Shown here: one piece after another, positions 1 to 7,594 of the stretch
Numbering within the stretch: the first letter of the stretch is position 1
How the letters are laid out: each line of letters opens with the position of its first letter
Assembly (NCBI GenBank): GCA_963840855.1
Contig: CAWJBB010000022.1
Coordinates: forward strand, 1 to 27,891
Direction: 5' to 3'
Source: an uncultured delta proteobacterium
GTDB lineage: Bacteria > Desulfobacterota > Binatia > UBA9968
DNA length: 27,891 nt
Notes under the pieces: model-generated
What the model was told of the DNA's origin: nothing
Seen by the model: only the letters and a program-made list of their open reading frames with translations
Databases searched by the model: none
Made by a program: the position numbers and the translations under genes

Positions 1-2
1 GA

Positions 3-212
3 CAGGCAAAGACGGTTGAAAACTTTCTGGCCATGATGCCGCAATGGGTAAGCCACAACGGTGGCGAACGTCTGCAATTTATATGCAACCGCATCGCCGC
101 CACGCTCACTCCGGAGCTCAACGAGTGGCGGCGCGCCCTAGCCGCCGGGGAGCCGGACGGCACTTTCTTCATTGCCGAGCCGTTTCACTGCGCGGTGGGA
201 ACGAAGCCATAA
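3..212 (+). CDS. 3' end of a CDS truncated by the window edge, probably a class I SAM-dependent methyltransferase C-terminus
   Basis: Manual translation from base 3 is open to TAA 210-212 (...ELNEWRRALAAGEPDGTFFIAEPFHCAVGTKP*). The tail resembles UbiE-like methyltransferase C-termini, but no catalytic motif lies inside the window. Confidence 0.45.
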   Translation, partial: QAKTVENFLAMMPQWVSHNGGERLQFICNRIAATLTPELNEWRRALAAGEPDGTFFIAEPFHCAVGTKP

Positions 213-275
213 GGCTTCTTTCAAAGTTTGACCTTCAATGCTCAAGGTGCCGACTTGCCCCCCGAACATGGAGCT

Positions 276-1259
276 TTATCTCAGAACCGGGAGTACTTCT
301 TCGCCCAGGAGATCGATCTGCTCGTACCAGTCTGCGTACCGTAACCGGAGATCGTAGACGACATGCTCCGCGCCCGCCTCCTGGTAGGCGCGCGTCTCGC
401 GCGCAATGTCCTGCGGCGCGCCGGCCAAAAGCACGCCATGGATATCTTCCAGCGTGGAAAAGCTGCCGGACGGAGGCGTTACCCAGGTCGACGGTTGTGG
501 GCCTCATCGATCAGCGAACTGATTTCGATACCGCCAACGCCGCTTCTTTTGTTCTGGCCACGCTCGTAAATGGCATTACCGCTGCGGTAATCAACGGCTT
601 TGCCGCGGCCCCGCAAAGCTCGCGAATGTATTCGATACGCTTGCGATAGGTCGGAAGCGTGATCCGCGCCGGCATCCAGCCGTCTCCATACTGTACGGCG
701 CGGCGGCAAGCAGCGGGCGTGCCGCCGCCGACCCAAATTGGAATAGGCGTTACTGGGGTTGGTTTGAGCCGAACGTCTTCGAAGCTAAAATATTGGCCTT
801 CGCAAGAGACTTTTCTCCTGCCCATAGCCGGCGGCAGATGTCGATATTTGCCGCCGTCAGCTGGGCTCGGTCTTCGAGCTTGTGCGGCCGGCCGGCGGCG
901 GCGAACTCATGCGCGAAACCGCCCAAGCCCATCCCCATGATTACGCGGCCGTCTGAGATCACGCTGAGCCCGGCGAAGGATTGCGCCAGATGAATCGGGT
1001 GGCGATGGCAAATCGCCATTGCCGTGCCTAGATTTATTTTATTCGTCGCCGCCGCCACGGCGGCGAGCAGCAGCAGACTTTCGAGGTGCTGGTTGTCGCC
1101 GCCCTCCCCCGCGTGTGGTTTGAACACCAGATGATCTCGCACCCAGACGGAATCGAAACCGTACGCTTCAGCCCGGCGCGCGCCCTCGAGGCATTTTTCA
1201 ACGGATACATGCGCACCGAAATGGGGCAATAGTAAACCGACCTTCAATTTGGCGGACAT
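276..1259 (-). pseudogene. LLM-class (luciferase-like) flavin-dependent oxidoreductase with three single-base frameshifts (pseudogene or sequencing error)
   Basis: ATG 1259 gives MSAKLKVGLLLPHFG...AEAYGFDSVWVRDH...GRVIMGMGLG. It continues in other frames as EGQYFSFEDVRLKPTP..PIPIWVGG..GDGWMP, then GIEISSLIDEAHN, then TWVTPPSG...YEQIDLLGEEVLPVLR* (TAA 276-278). Frame changes occur near 812, 533 and 491. Confidence 0.85.
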
Positions 1260-1275
1260 GGGTTTTTGAGAACGA

Positions 1276-2784
1276 TTATTCGCCCATTTCAGCCGCGAGT
1301 TTCTCACGCTTCGACTTCAAGATGGGAACCAGCGCGGTTAGCAAGAATGCCGTGGCGAGAATCATCAGGACGCCGGAAACCGGCCGCGTAAAGAAGATCG
1401 CAAAGCTGCCCCGCGAAATCAAAAGCGCCTGCCTGAGCGAGCTTTCCATCATCGGCCCTAACACCAAGGCCAGCAGAAACGGCGCGCCGTCAAAACCCAA
1501 CCGGCGCAGTGCCAACCCGGCGACGCCGGCGATGACCATAATGAAGATCTCCACGATATTGTTATTGATGCTGTAGACGCCGATCAAACAGAAGAGCAAA
1601 ATGAGCGGATAGAGAATCACGTAAGGAACTCTTAACAACCGAACCCAGATGCCTATGAGCGGCAGATTGAGAACCAGCAGCATGGCATTGCCGACGTACA
1701 TGCTCGCCACCACGCCCCAAAACAACTCCGGATAGTTTTTCATGAACAACGGCCCCGGCTGCACGCCGTGGATCAGCAGCGCGCCGATGAAAAGCGCCAT
1801 CACGATATTGGACGGGAAACCCAGCGACAGCAATGGAATAAAAGCTCCAGCAGTGGCGGAGTTGTTGGCCGATTCCGGACCGGCGACTCCCTCGATGGCG
1901 CCTTTGCCGAATTTCTCCGGATGGCGCGAAAGGCGCTTCTCAATCGCGTAAGACGCAAATGAAGACATCGCGCCGCTCGGTCCGGGGAGAATACCGATGA
2001 AAAATCCCACTACCGATCCTCTGACGATGGGCCAAATGCTGTGCTTCCAATCATCAAGGCTTGGCAATAGACCCTTGATTTCCCGCTCGTAGACATCGCC
2101 GCGCAAGCTCTTGCCCAGGTTGTCTAGAATCTCCGCAACGCCGAACAACCCCATGGCGATCGGGACGAGCCCCAGGCCGTCAGCCAAAGTCAGGCTGCGG
2201 TAGCTAAATCGTTCTTGGCCTGAGATCGGGTCCGTGCCGATGGTTCCCATGAGCAGGCCGAGAACCGCCATCAGCAACGCCTTGAGTATCGAGCCGCGCG
2301 AGAGATACGACACCAAAGTGAGACCGAGGAATGTGATGGCGAAATACTCCGGCGGCCCGAAGCCGAGGGCAAAAGCGCCGAGCGGCGGCGCGAAAAACAC
2401 TAAACCAACAAGCCCCACCGTGCCGGCGATGAACGAGCCCAATGCGGCAATGCCCAAGGCCGGACCCGCGCGTCCCTGCCGCGCCATTTGATAGCCGTCG
2501 AGGCAAGTCACGACGGATGCCGCTTCGCCGGGAATATTGACTAAAATGGAAGTAGTGGAACCGCCGTACATGGCGCCGTAGTAAATCCCGGCCAGCATGA
2601 TGATCGCCGCGGCCGGGGCCATCTTAAAAGTCAACGGCAAAAGCAGAGCGATGGCGGCGATTGGGCCGAGGCCCGGCAAGACGCCAATGAAGGTTCCCAC
2701 GAGCACGCCTATGAAACAGAAGAGCAGATTCGTTGGTTGGAGAGCTACCGAAAACCCCAGCCCTAAGTTCGCCAGCGTTTCCAC
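1276..2784 (-). CDS. tctA: Tripartite tricarboxylate transporter large permease TctA
   Basis: 502 aa hydrophobic protein with TctA motifs GVLPGLG, YYGAMYGGSTTSILVNIPGE and GVAGPESANN. Confidence 0.95.
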   Translation of the reverse strand: METLANLGLGFSVALQPTNLLFCFIGVLVGTFIGVLPGLGPIAAIALLLPLTFKMAPAAAIIMLAGIYYGAMYGGSTTSILVNIPGEAASVVTCLDGYQMARQGRAGPALGIAALGSFIAGTVGLVGLVFFAPPLGAFALGFGPPEYFAITFLGLTLVSYLSRGSILKALLMAVLGLLMGTIGTDPISGQERFSYRSLTLADGLGLVPIAMGLFGVAEILDNLGKSLRGDVYEREIKGLLPSLDDWKHSIWPIVRGSVVGFFIGILPGPSGAMSSFASYAIEKRLSRHPEKFGKGAIEGVAGPESANNSATAGAFIPLLSLGFPSNIVMALFIGALLIHGVQPGPLFMKNYPELFWGVVASMYVGNAMLLVLNLPLIGIWVRLLRVPYVILYPLILLFCLIGVYSINNNIVEIFIMVIAGVAGLALRRLGFDGAPFLLALVLGPMMESSLRQALLISRGSFAIFFTRPVSGVLMILATAFLLTALVPILKSKREKLAAEMGE

Positions 2785-2790
2785 GATAGG

Positions 2791-3237
2791 TCAAATGAGC
2801 AGAAACCCAGCGGGCAGGGGCGCGCCGAGAAGCAGACCAAAGATGAAGTAGGAAACCAACGAAGCGGACAGTGCGACGGCGCCGGCTTGCGCCCAGCTTT
2901 TTCGTTCGACAATTCGCAACAGGAACGCGACAAACAGGAAGGTCGCCACAAGGTAGCCCACATATTCAAAAATGAACGCAAAGGCAAAAAGCGCCGTCAC
3001 GGTCAAGATGATTTTTTTCCAAACCAGCCGGCTGTCTTCCCCTTCCTGCCTGCCGCCGGCGCGAAGCGCGGCAATCAAGCCGCCGAGAGCCACCAAGGCC
3101 AACAACACCGCCAGGACGGCGGGAAAAAACCCCGCTCCCGGCGCGCTCGCTCTTCCAAAGGGGAGCTTCAGAGCCTCGTAAAAAGCTAATAAGGCGATCA
3201 AGACAAAGAACAGCCAGGCGACGGCGGCGCGCTTCAC
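2791..3237 (-). CDS. tctB: Tripartite tricarboxylate transporter small permease TctB
   Basis: ~150 aa with 4 TM segments, PGAGFFP motif and C-terminal LLGAPLPAG, located between tctC and tctA. Start is uncertain (GTG 3237 or GTG 3258). Confidence 0.9.
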   Translation of the reverse strand: MKRAAVAWLFFVLIALLAFYEALKLPFGRASAPGAGFFPAVLAVLLALVALGGLIAALRAGGRQEGEDSRLVWKKIILTVTALFAFAFIFEYVGYLVATFLFVAFLLRIVERKSWAQAGAVALSASLVSYFIFGLLLGAPLPAGFLLI

Positions 3238-3264
3238 AAGTCGCTTCTCGTAGCACACTCCTTG

Positions 3265-3474
3265 CAGGCAACCAATGGAGCGTTCGGCAGGTGCTCAGAA
3301 AAATCTCAGAGGCGAGGCGTGCATTTATCGTGTAAGTGCCGATGACAACGTGACCAGCGAAATCCGAAGCAGATCACGTACCAGCAACTACGAATTCAAG
3401 CGAGGCGATTGAGCGCGACGTCTATCGACGAATGCTCGAGGGCGTTCGGCATATGAGTCTTTTTCAGCAGCCTG
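3265..3474 (+). mobile_element. Degenerate non-autonomous MITE-like element (family A, CAGGCTGCTGAAAAAG-type ends)
   Basis: Colinear similarity to 18211-18397: GCAGG.TGCTCA..AAA.CTCAGAGGCGAGGCG.GC, CGAATTCA.GCGAGGCGATTGAGCGC and right end CTTTTTCAGCAGCCTG followed by CTA (the tctC stop). Confidence 0.7.
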
Positions 3475-4440
3475 CTAATCGAGCTTGGCGATTTTGGCTA
3501 CTTCGGACCAGCGTTTATGCTCGTCGGCGAGAAATTTCTTGGCCTCCTCCGGCCCGATATTCTCAACTGACACGCCGGCTTTTTCGATCTTCGCGGCCAG
3601 CTCTTTATCCGCAAAAGTCTCGCTCAAGACCTTGGCCAATCTATTTACGATTGCCGGCGGAGTGTTCGCCCGTACAAAGAAGACAAACCAGGGACTCGCT
3701 TCCACGGCGGGTAAACCTTTTTCAAACGTAGTCGGCACGGTGGGCAATTCCTTGATGCGCTTTTGCGTAGCTGTCACTAGCGCGCGCAAGCCGCCGGCTT
3801 CAAGATGCGGACGCGCGGTTCCCAGGCCGATGATGCTCGTGTGAATGTTCCCGCCCAAAACTCCCGTGGCAACCGGCGCCTCGCCACCCAGCGGAACGTG
3901 AATCAGATCGATACCGGTCTCTTTTTTGAATAACTCCATGGCGAAATGGCCGCTCGTGCCGCTGCCGGGCGTCCCGAACGTCAATTGTCCCGGCTTTTTC
4001 TTAGCCTCGGCAATAAAATCTTCAACGGTTTTCCACGGCGAGTCCGCTTTTACGATCATCACCGCGGGTGTACGGCCAAGAAAATTCAGCGGCGTGAAAT
4101 CCCCGAGCTCGAAGCCGATCCCTTTTCGCGCCAGCGGAATCAGCGCCACCGGTGGCGGTGCGATAAGAATTGTATAGCCGTCGGCGGGCGCGTCCTTGAC
4201 GGCCTTGATGCCGACCGCGCCGCCGCCCCCAGTCTTGTTCACCACGACGACGGGCTGACCGAGGGCCGCGGAAACCTTGTCCGTGATTAGCCGTGCGATG
4301 ATGTCGGTCACCGCGCCCGGCGGAAACGGATTGACGATCTGCACGGTCTTGGTCGGATACTCCGCCGCCTGAACCCCAAACCCAAGCAACAACGAAGCGA
4401 GAGTGACGGCAAAGAAATAAACTTTGAGGAATCTATTCAT
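3475..4440 (-). CDS. tctC: Tripartite tricarboxylate transporter substrate-binding protein (TctC/Bug family)
   Basis: Signal peptide, then YPTKTVQIVNPFPPGAVTDIIAR, LGQPVVVVNKTGGGG, ADGYT and TFGTPGSGTSGH. Confidence 0.95.
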   Translation of the reverse strand: MNRFLKVYFFAVTLASLLLGFGVQAAEYPTKTVQIVNPFPPGAVTDIIARLITDKVSAALGQPVVVVNKTGGGGAVGIKAVKDAPADGYTILIAPPPVALIPLARKGIGFELGDFTPLNFLGRTPAVMIVKADSPWKTVEDFIAEAKKKPGQLTFGTPGSGTSGHFAMELFKKETGIDLIHVPLGGEAPVATGVLGGNIHTSIIGLGTARPHLEAGGLRALVTATQKRIKELPTVPTTFEKGLPAVEASPWFVFFVRANTPPAIVNRLAKVLSETFADKELAAKIEKAGVSVENIGPEEAKKFLADEHKRWSEVAKIAKLD

Positions 4441-4472
4441 ATGCGTTCCTTTCAGAGCAGCTTACGTGGCGT

Positions 4473-4501
4473 TCTTTAACACGCGACTATGATACCGTCA
4501 A
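4473..4501 (-). promoter_or_regulatory. Candidate sigma70 promoter for tctC
   Basis: Minus strand reads TTGACG-N17-TAAAGA with TG upstream of the -10 box, ~33 nt before the tctC ATG. The -10 box is imperfect. Confidence 0.35.
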
Positions 4502-4570
4502 TCGCGTTTGCCGTCGTCTACGGATGTCGTACGCGGTCATCGGCGCAGAGCCGATAAGGTAGTAGCTACG

Positions 4571-4599
4571 TTGACATGCGCCGGACCCACCGCTAGAAT
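4571..4599 (+). promoter_or_regulatory. Sigma70-type promoter for the cupin/EthD-like pair
   Basis: TTGACA (4571-4576), 17-nt spacer, TAGAAT (4594-4599). AAGGAG RBS precedes ATG 4654. Confidence 0.7.
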
Positions 4600-4653
4600 C
4601 GCCTCACTGTCAGGCCGTACCCCAACACGCCAATTCGCTAAAAGGAGCGTTTC

Positions 4654-5016
4654 ATGATTCTCTCAAAAAATTCCGACGTGAAATCGATTGTCGTCAAAGC
4701 CATCGAGGGAAAGCCGATGTACGGCGGCGATCTGCTCGTCAAGCCGTTGATCAAGGGCGACCAGATGACGTTTCTGGAAATCCATTATACGCCGGGCGTC
4801 GGCGCGCCGCTCCATGTTCATACGCACGAGTCGCTCGCCTACGTCGTCAAGGGCAAAGTAAAAATGACCGTGGGGCAAGAAGAATACATACTCGGTCCAG
4901 GCGATGTCTGCCGCCATCCGGCGGGAGTGCCCCACGGTGTCGAGGGGATCGAAGAATCGGTGGTCGTCGAGATCAAGTCCCCGGCCCCGGATATCTCATC
5001 GTTCTTAGGAATGTAA
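4654..5016 (+). CDS. Cupin domain protein (Cupin_2-like)
   Basis: Metal-binding cupin motifs PLHVHTHESLAYVVKG and GDVCRHPAGVPHG; good RBS. Confidence 0.9.
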   Translation: MILSKNSDVKSIVVKAIEGKPMYGGDLLVKPLIKGDQMTFLEIHYTPGVGAPLHVHTHESLAYVVKGKVKMTVGQEEYILGPGDVCRHPAGVPHGVEGIEESVVVEIKSPAPDISSFLGM

Positions 5017-5059
5017 ATCCTCAGCGGCTTCCGGCAAGTCGCAAAAGGAGCAATAGAAA

Positions 5060-5413
5060 ATGGCAGTCAAAGCAAAGTATCTAATGATCGCCAGCATGGA
5101 TGTCGATCCGGAGCGTGACACGATTTTCAACGAAGTCTACGACAAGGAACATGTGCCGAACCTGATGAAAGTTCCGGGCGTCCTCGGCGTGACTCGTTAC
5201 AAACGGGAAACGTTGACGATGAACATCGGCGGCGAGCGCAAGACCATCGAGATCCCCAATGAGCCGGTTTACACCGCAATCTATGAGCTCGAGAGTCCCG
5301 ATGTATTAACCAGTCCGGCCTGGGACAAAGCCATCGAAGAAGGCCGCTGGCCGAGCCAAGTCAGGCCCTACACGAAGAACCGGCGGCATGTGCTGCTGAA
5401 AGTTATGGAGTAG
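5060..5413 (+). CDS. EthD/DUF4286-like dimeric alpha-beta barrel protein
   Basis: Pattern FNEVYDKEHVPNLMKVPGV...YTAIYELES is typical of EthD-like Dabb proteins; AAGGAG RBS. Confidence 0.7.
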   Translation: MAVKAKYLMIASMDVDPERDTIFNEVYDKEHVPNLMKVPGVLGVTRYKRETLTMNIGGERKTIEIPNEPVYTAIYELESPDVLTSPAWDKAIEEGRWPSQVRPYTKNRRHVLLKVME

Positions 5414-5536
5414 CCTCGCAGAACTCGTGACCGTGACACGTGCTCGTGTTCGAGTTACGAACACGAAGTACGAAAACGGCGCGGCTCGCCTCTGAGATCT
5501 TTTTGAGCAGCCTGCGAGTATTTTTTTACACGCTGC
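5414..5536 (-). mobile_element. Truncated copy of MITE family A in reverse orientation
   Basis: Reverse complement reads GCAGCGTGTAAAAAAATACTCGCAGGCTGCTCAAAAAGATCTCAGAGGCGAGCCGCGC...CGTGTTCG...CACGAGCACG...GCGAGGC, matching 18211-18355. The right end is missing and the copy abuts TAG 5411-5413. Confidence 0.7.
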
Positions 5537-5539
5537 CAC

Positions 5540-5586
5540 GGATGGATGAAGTGTGATTAATCTTTATCCTTCATCCCTTATCCCTT
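5540..5586. repeat. Inverted 7-nt tandem repeat (GGATGAA / TTCATCC)
   Basis: Left arm GGATGGATGAAG; right arm TTTATCC-TTCATCC-CTTATCC. Lies between convergent genes, next to the hemerythrin CTAG stop. Confidence 0.55.
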
Positions 5587-5588
5587 TT

Positions 5589-6053
5589 CTAGATCTGCCC
5601 GGTAGCCAGTATCTTGCTAATTTCCTGCCCCGCCGCCTCCGCTCGGGAACTTTCAACATACTGCTCAAACAGCGGAAACAGCTCCCGTTCTTCCCTACGG
5701 ATGTGACGTTCGAGTAAATCACCCAGATCGAAAATCAGTTTACTCACTCCCGTTCCTGCCGCTAGTGCTTTGACTCCTTGCCGAAAACTTTCGTGGTCGC
5801 GCAACAAGTCGTCCAGCAACGCCGCGCTTTCCGGCGCCGCCGCGCGCATCAACGGAAACAAGACTTCCTCTTCGGCGCGAAAATGTGGAATCAGCTGTTT
5901 ATCGAAAAACTCGCGCAACTCCGCAGCGCGGAGCCGGAGCCCCTCGGCGCCCATGGGCTTCAACTGTCCGAGAGACTGTTTACGGCAGCGCAGAGCGAGG
6001 GCCAAACCGTGATGATGATCGTGGGATAGTGGAGTGAGGCTCGGATGGCGCAT
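5589..6053 (-). CDS. Hemerythrin/HHE cation-binding domain protein (copy 1)
   Basis: Motifs SHDHHHGL, HFRAEEEVLFP, HESF and HIRREERELFP. ATG 6053 has a GAGG RBS and matches the copy 2 start. Confidence 0.85.
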   Translation of the reverse strand: MRHPSLTPLSHDHHHGLALALRCRKQSLGQLKPMGAEGLRLRAAELREFFDKQLIPHFRAEEEVLFPLMRAAAPESAALLDDLLRDHESFRQGVKALAAGTGVSKLIFDLGDLLERHIRREERELFPLFEQYVESSRAEAAGQEISKILATGQI

Positions 6054-6065
6054 GGACCTCAAAAC

Positions 6066-6133
6066 GGAGTGATGGAGTATTGGAGTGGTGGAGTGACGGG
6101 TTCCTGAGCATTACTCCATTACTCCAGCACTCC
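6066..6133. repeat. Inverted 8-nt tandem repeat (GGAGTRNT x4 / AKYACTCC x3)
   Basis: GGAGTGAT-GGAGTATT-GGAGTGGT-GGAGTGAC, spacer, ATTACTCC-ATTACTCC-AGCACTCC. Confidence 0.85.
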
Positions 6134-6147
6134 AAGGGTATTTTAGT

Positions 6148-7323
6148 TTATATCACTCCCTTGTTTCGCAGTGACGCCAACGCCGCCGCGTCGTATCCCA
6201 GCGAGTTTAGGATTTCGTCGGTGTGTTCGCCCAAAACCGGCGGTGGGCTGTCGATCGAAGGCGGCGTGCGGCTCATGTCGACGGCATTGCCCACCAGTTT
6301 CACCTTGCCCATCTTGGGATGCTCCACTTCGATGGGGAAGCCGTAGGTCTTCACCTGTGGATCGGCGAAAACCTCGTCAAGCGTATTGATGGGCGCAGCG
6401 GGCACGTCTTTTTCAATCAGCCGCTTCAACCATTCGTCGCGGCGGCCGCTGCGGAAAATCGGCGTTAGCCGCTCGACCAAAAGATCGTAATTTTCCACCC
6501 GGCCTTTGCGATTATTGAGTCGCGCGTCTTGCGCCCATTCGGGCTTGCCGACAACGTCAAAAAGCCCGAGCCAAAATTTATCCGGCGACGACATATGCAG
6601 CACGAAAGGCAAACCGTCCCGGTCTTCGAATGCGAAAACACCGGCGGTCGTTGTCCGATGCTTACGCCGCGGCACATGTCCGGTTTCGAAAAAGCGCGCC
6701 GCGTTCTCGCCTACGAACGACACCGAGGCGCGCAGCAGCGACGTTTCCACATGTTGCCCTTCGCCGGTCAACATGCGGTTCATCAACGCCGCCAACACGC
6801 CGTAGCAGGCGTACATGCCGGTGAGGTGATCGGAAAATGAGATGCCCATGCCCTGAGGTTTCCCGGGATCGGTCACGAGGCTGAGAATTCCGCTGCGCGC
6901 CTGCCCGATGGTGTCGTAGCCGGGCATATTACGATAGGGGCCCCTGGGTCCGAAACCGGAAATGGAGCAATAGACGATTTTCGGATTGATTGCCTTGACC
7001 CTCTCGTAGCCCAAACCGTACTTCTCCATGACGCCCGGCCGAAAGTTCTGAATCAGCGCGTCGGCATTTTTCGCCAGCTCGAGCACGACGTCTCTTCCCT
7101 CTTCGGTGCGAAGATCGAGCGTTACGCTTTTTTTGTTGCGGTTGAGGCTGCAAAAGGTCGCTGCGTAGTTGCGCTCGCCCCAGCCGCGAAACGGATCGCC
7201 GCGCTTGGGCTCCTCGATCTTGATGACCTCCGCGCCCATGTCCGCCAGCAACTGAGACGCGAAAGGGCCGGTGACGTAACTCGCCGTTTCTATTATTTTG
7301 ATTCCTGAAAGAGCGCCGCTCAT
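6148..7323 (-). CDS. Family III CoA-transferase (CaiB/BaiF/Frc) (copy 1)
   Basis: LSGIKII...GPFASQLLADMGAEVIKIEEP..GD, NRNKKSVTLDL, QNFRPG, YCSISGFG..GPY, GYD, and C-terminal PPVLGEHTDEIL. Confidence 0.95.
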   Translation of the reverse strand: MSGALSGIKIIETASYVTGPFASQLLADMGAEVIKIEEPKRGDPFRGWGERNYAATFCSLNRNKKSVTLDLRTEEGRDVVLELAKNADALIQNFRPGVMEKYGLGYERVKAINPKIVYCSISGFGPRGPYRNMPGYDTIGQARSGILSLVTDPGKPQGMGISFSDHLTGMYACYGVLAALMNRMLTGEGQHVETSLLRASVSFVGENAARFFETGHVPRRKHRTTTAGVFAFEDRDGLPFVLHMSSPDKFWLGLFDVVGKPEWAQDARLNNRKGRVENYDLLVERLTPIFRSGRRDEWLKRLIEKDVPAAPINTLDEVFADPQVKTYGFPIEVEHPKMGKVKLVGNAVDMSRTPPSIDSPPPVLGEHTDEILNSLGYDAAALASLRNKGVI

Positions 7324-7420
7324 GAAAACAACCCGCCGCGGCCCGCATTGACACGCGCCGCTAATTTTTTAGGCTCGTCTAGGTTTACCGAAAAGGGTAT
7401 TCACCACAGAACCACAATGG

Positions 7421-7524
7421 CCGCATTGCGCGAGTTCCAGTCGTTCAATATGTTCCAATCGTTCCAGACGTGCAAGATATCCGGAATCGATTTGAACGAC
7501 TTGAACGTTTGGAACGGCTGGAAC
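7421..7524. repeat. Inverted 9-nt tandem repeat (GTTCCAATC-type x4-5 / GnnTGGAAC-type x4)
   Basis: GTTCCAGTC-GTTCAATAT-GTTCCAATC-GTTCCAGAC, spacer, GATTTGAAC-GACTTGAAC-GTTTGGAAC-GGCTGGAAC. The leader CCGCATTGCGCGAG is shared with the element at 20041. Confidence 0.85.
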
Positions 7525-7594
7525 CAGCAGCTTCTTAGCCGCCGTTGCGCCATCCGCGGTTAGCCACAGCGAACTGAAAACCTATTCTTTATCC

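Noticed and set aside
480-830. Programmed ribosomal frameshifting in the LLM gene
   Set aside because: Three successive shifts without canonical slippery heptamers or stimulatory structures are better explained by error or decay.
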